A program made the position numbers and the translations under genes. From Gallionella sp. (GTDB lineage Bacteria; Pseudomonadota; Gammaproteobacteria; Burkholderiales; Gallionellaceae), in contig JBAQWL010000316.1 in assembly GCA_049298895.1 (NCBI GenBank), positions 1-52,213 of the forward strand: a DNA stretch of 52,213 nt, in the 5' to 3' direction. Positions 50,818 through 52,213 of this stretch are shown in pieces; within the stretch, counting starts at the first letter, position 1; each line of letters begins with the position of its first letter. The notes beneath the pieces were generated by a model, which was not told the origin of the DNA, ran no database searches, and saw nothing but the letters and a program-made list of their open reading frames with translations.

Positions 50818-51870
50818 TCAGAACGAATGGATCATGCCCAAGCCCAGGCCGGACTGCTTGGAACCGGCTGCTGAGCCTGTGTAGAAGCCATAGTTGGCAG
50901 CCGTGTCGTTGTTGAGCGAAGTATATGCGCCGTACATTTCGGTACGCTTGGAGAAGTTGTGGCCATAGCGCAGGGATAGCTGCTTCGCACCGGTGTTCGT
51001 GACACCGTTATAGTTGCCATTCTTCGCAAAGGAAACGCCCAAATTGTTGCTGCCGATCTTGTAAGAAGCAGCCAATTCCATATTGCTTTGCGTAGCGGTT
51101 GTGGTGAGGGCATTAGCAACAGACATACGTTCCAGCATGACGCCGACTTGACCATCCGGGAACTTGAATGCACCCAGCAAGCGCGTAGCACTGTCAGACT
51201 TGGTTGTAGTGGTTTCATCGGCGCGGCTTTCATAACCGAGACCGGCATACAGCATGTCGTTTTCGTAGGCACCGGACAGTGACATCCGGGTCTTGTTGGC
51301 GGTCGCCGTTTTTGCGGAATCCAAAGCGTAAGAAACCTGACCGGTGAAGCCGCTGAGGTTGGGTGTCCAGTACTGGATCACGTTGTTCTGGCGAGTGTTG
51401 TAGTTCTTGCCATTACCGGTTCTGCCAACCAGGCTGATGGCCGAAAACACCGAGGCGTTATCGTACAGCTCAATCTTGTTGTGTACGATCTTGTAAGGTG
51501 TATCCCAGTTGCCGGCGAACACGGTGCCGAAGTTACCTTTTAAGCCGATCTGGCTATTGCGCACGCCGTTGAATGGTGTGCTCGCAGCCTTGTCGTTAAC
51601 AGAATCGATCTGCGTTTCGAATTGGTAAACGGCTTGCAAGCCATCCCCCAGATCTTCGCTGCCCTTGAAGCCAAAGCGCGAAGCGTTGGATTGCAGGCGT
51701 ACCAAGCTGGTGGCAGTCGTTGCCGGAGTAGAAACCTTGTCGCTCTTGATCGATTCGACATCGACGTTGATCTTGCCGTAAAACGTGAAGTTGGCCGTGT
51801 CGGCGAGCGTCGCGAGCGGTGCAGCCAGCCCTGCGATCAGCGCGAGTTTGAATATTTTCTTTTGCATCAT
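50818..51870 (-). CDS. Gram-negative general porin (betaproteobacterial type), probably phosphate-starvation induced
   Basis: Signal peptide; FYGKI, SRFGFKGSEDLGDGL, IQYWTP, FSKRTEMY motifs; C-terminal GMIHSF. Confidence 0.92.
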   Translation of the reverse strand: MMQKKIFKLALIAGLAAPLATLADTANFTFYGKINVDVESIKSDKVSTPATTATSLVRLQSNASRFGFKGSEDLGDGLQAVYQFETQIDSVNDKAASTPFNGVRNSQIGLKGNFGTVFAGNWDTPYKIVHNKIELYDNASVFSAISLVGRTGNGKNYNTRQNNVIQYWTPNLSGFTGQVSYALDSAKTATANKTRMSLSGAYENDMLYAGLGYESRADETTTTKSDSATRLLGAFKFPDGQVGVMLERMSVANALTTTATQSNMELAASYKIGSNNLGVSFAKNGNYNGVTNTGAKQLSLRYGHNFSKRTEMYGAYTSLNNDTAANYGFYTGSAAGSKQSGLGLGMIHSF

Positions 51871-51920
51871 CTTTGACCCCTTGATAGTGGATATTAAAAG
51901 CCGCCCTATGCGACCCGGGC

Positions 51921-51976
51921 AGCTTATCCTTGGATTGTTAAAGTTTGATGAACAATAGGTGACAGATTCATGACAT
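51921..51976 (-). promoter_or_regulatory. Tandem Pho boxes (four half-sites) plus -10 for the porin gene
   Basis: Minus strand ATGTCAT-GAAT-CTGTCAC-CTAT-TGTTCAT-CAAA-CTTTAAC-(10 nt)-TAAGCT, with exact 11-bp periodicity. Confidence 0.78.
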
Positions 51977-52137
51977 AAGGGAACCTCAAAAAATCCGTCA
52001 TTCCCGCCTTCGCGGGAATTTAGCGGTTTTATTCAACATGCCCTTGGGATTTGTCCTTGCTGCGCAAGGGATTTTCTCGTTGACTGGATTCCCGCTTTCG
52101 CGGGAATGACGTAGCTGAATTTTTAGAGGTGCCCATA
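51976..52137. mobile_element. ~160-bp MITE-like element carrying two ATTCCC-N8-GGGAAT palindromes
   Basis: TIRs TAAGGGAACCTCAAAAAAT and TATGGGCACCTCTAAAAAT (reverse complement of the right end); internal ATTCCCGCCTTCGCGGGAAT (52000-52019) and ATTCCCGCTTTCGCGGGAAT (52088-52107). Confidence 0.72.
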
Positions 52138-52213
52138 AAGCCTATCGTGCAACTGATGGGTTTGTTATGCAGTGTGGCAATGCAGGATCGGATGCCGATA
52201 GACTGTTGGAAGG

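Overview
A mostly core-genome, gene-dense window from a betaproteobacterium; gene content and order suggest Gallionellaceae/Nitrosomonadales, which is inference rather than a database result. In order it contains: partial tyrA; a complete L-Ara4N lipid A modification cluster (arnT, one SMR-type flippase, arnB, arnC, split arnA1/arnA2, arnD) interrupted by an orphan ORF and a REP-bounded structured element; a c-heme sensor/HAMP/PAS protein with a degenerate GGDEF domain; ugd, miaA, mutL; a REC-HD-GYP regulator; pntAA/AB/B; several small membrane and redox genes; a dihaem c4 plus trihaem cytochrome pair; slt-proS-rppH; dut-coaBC-radC; purB-mnmA-nudJ-tRNA-Leu(CAA)-queA-tgt-yajC-secDF-dedA; an OprB-family porin; and a Pho-box-controlled porin plus pstCAB without pstS. 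I found no CRISPR array, integrase, intact transposase or obviously new multi-gene system. The unusual signal is at small scale: about ten distinct palindromic, MITE-like or IS200-derived elements with no mobilising enzyme in the window, some apparently absorbed in-frame into housekeeping proteins (ArnC, Ugd, possibly MutL). There is also a decayed chemoreceptor tail that the ORF track misses, and two well-spaced Pho-box promoters. All family assignments come from motif recognition by eye, not from searches.
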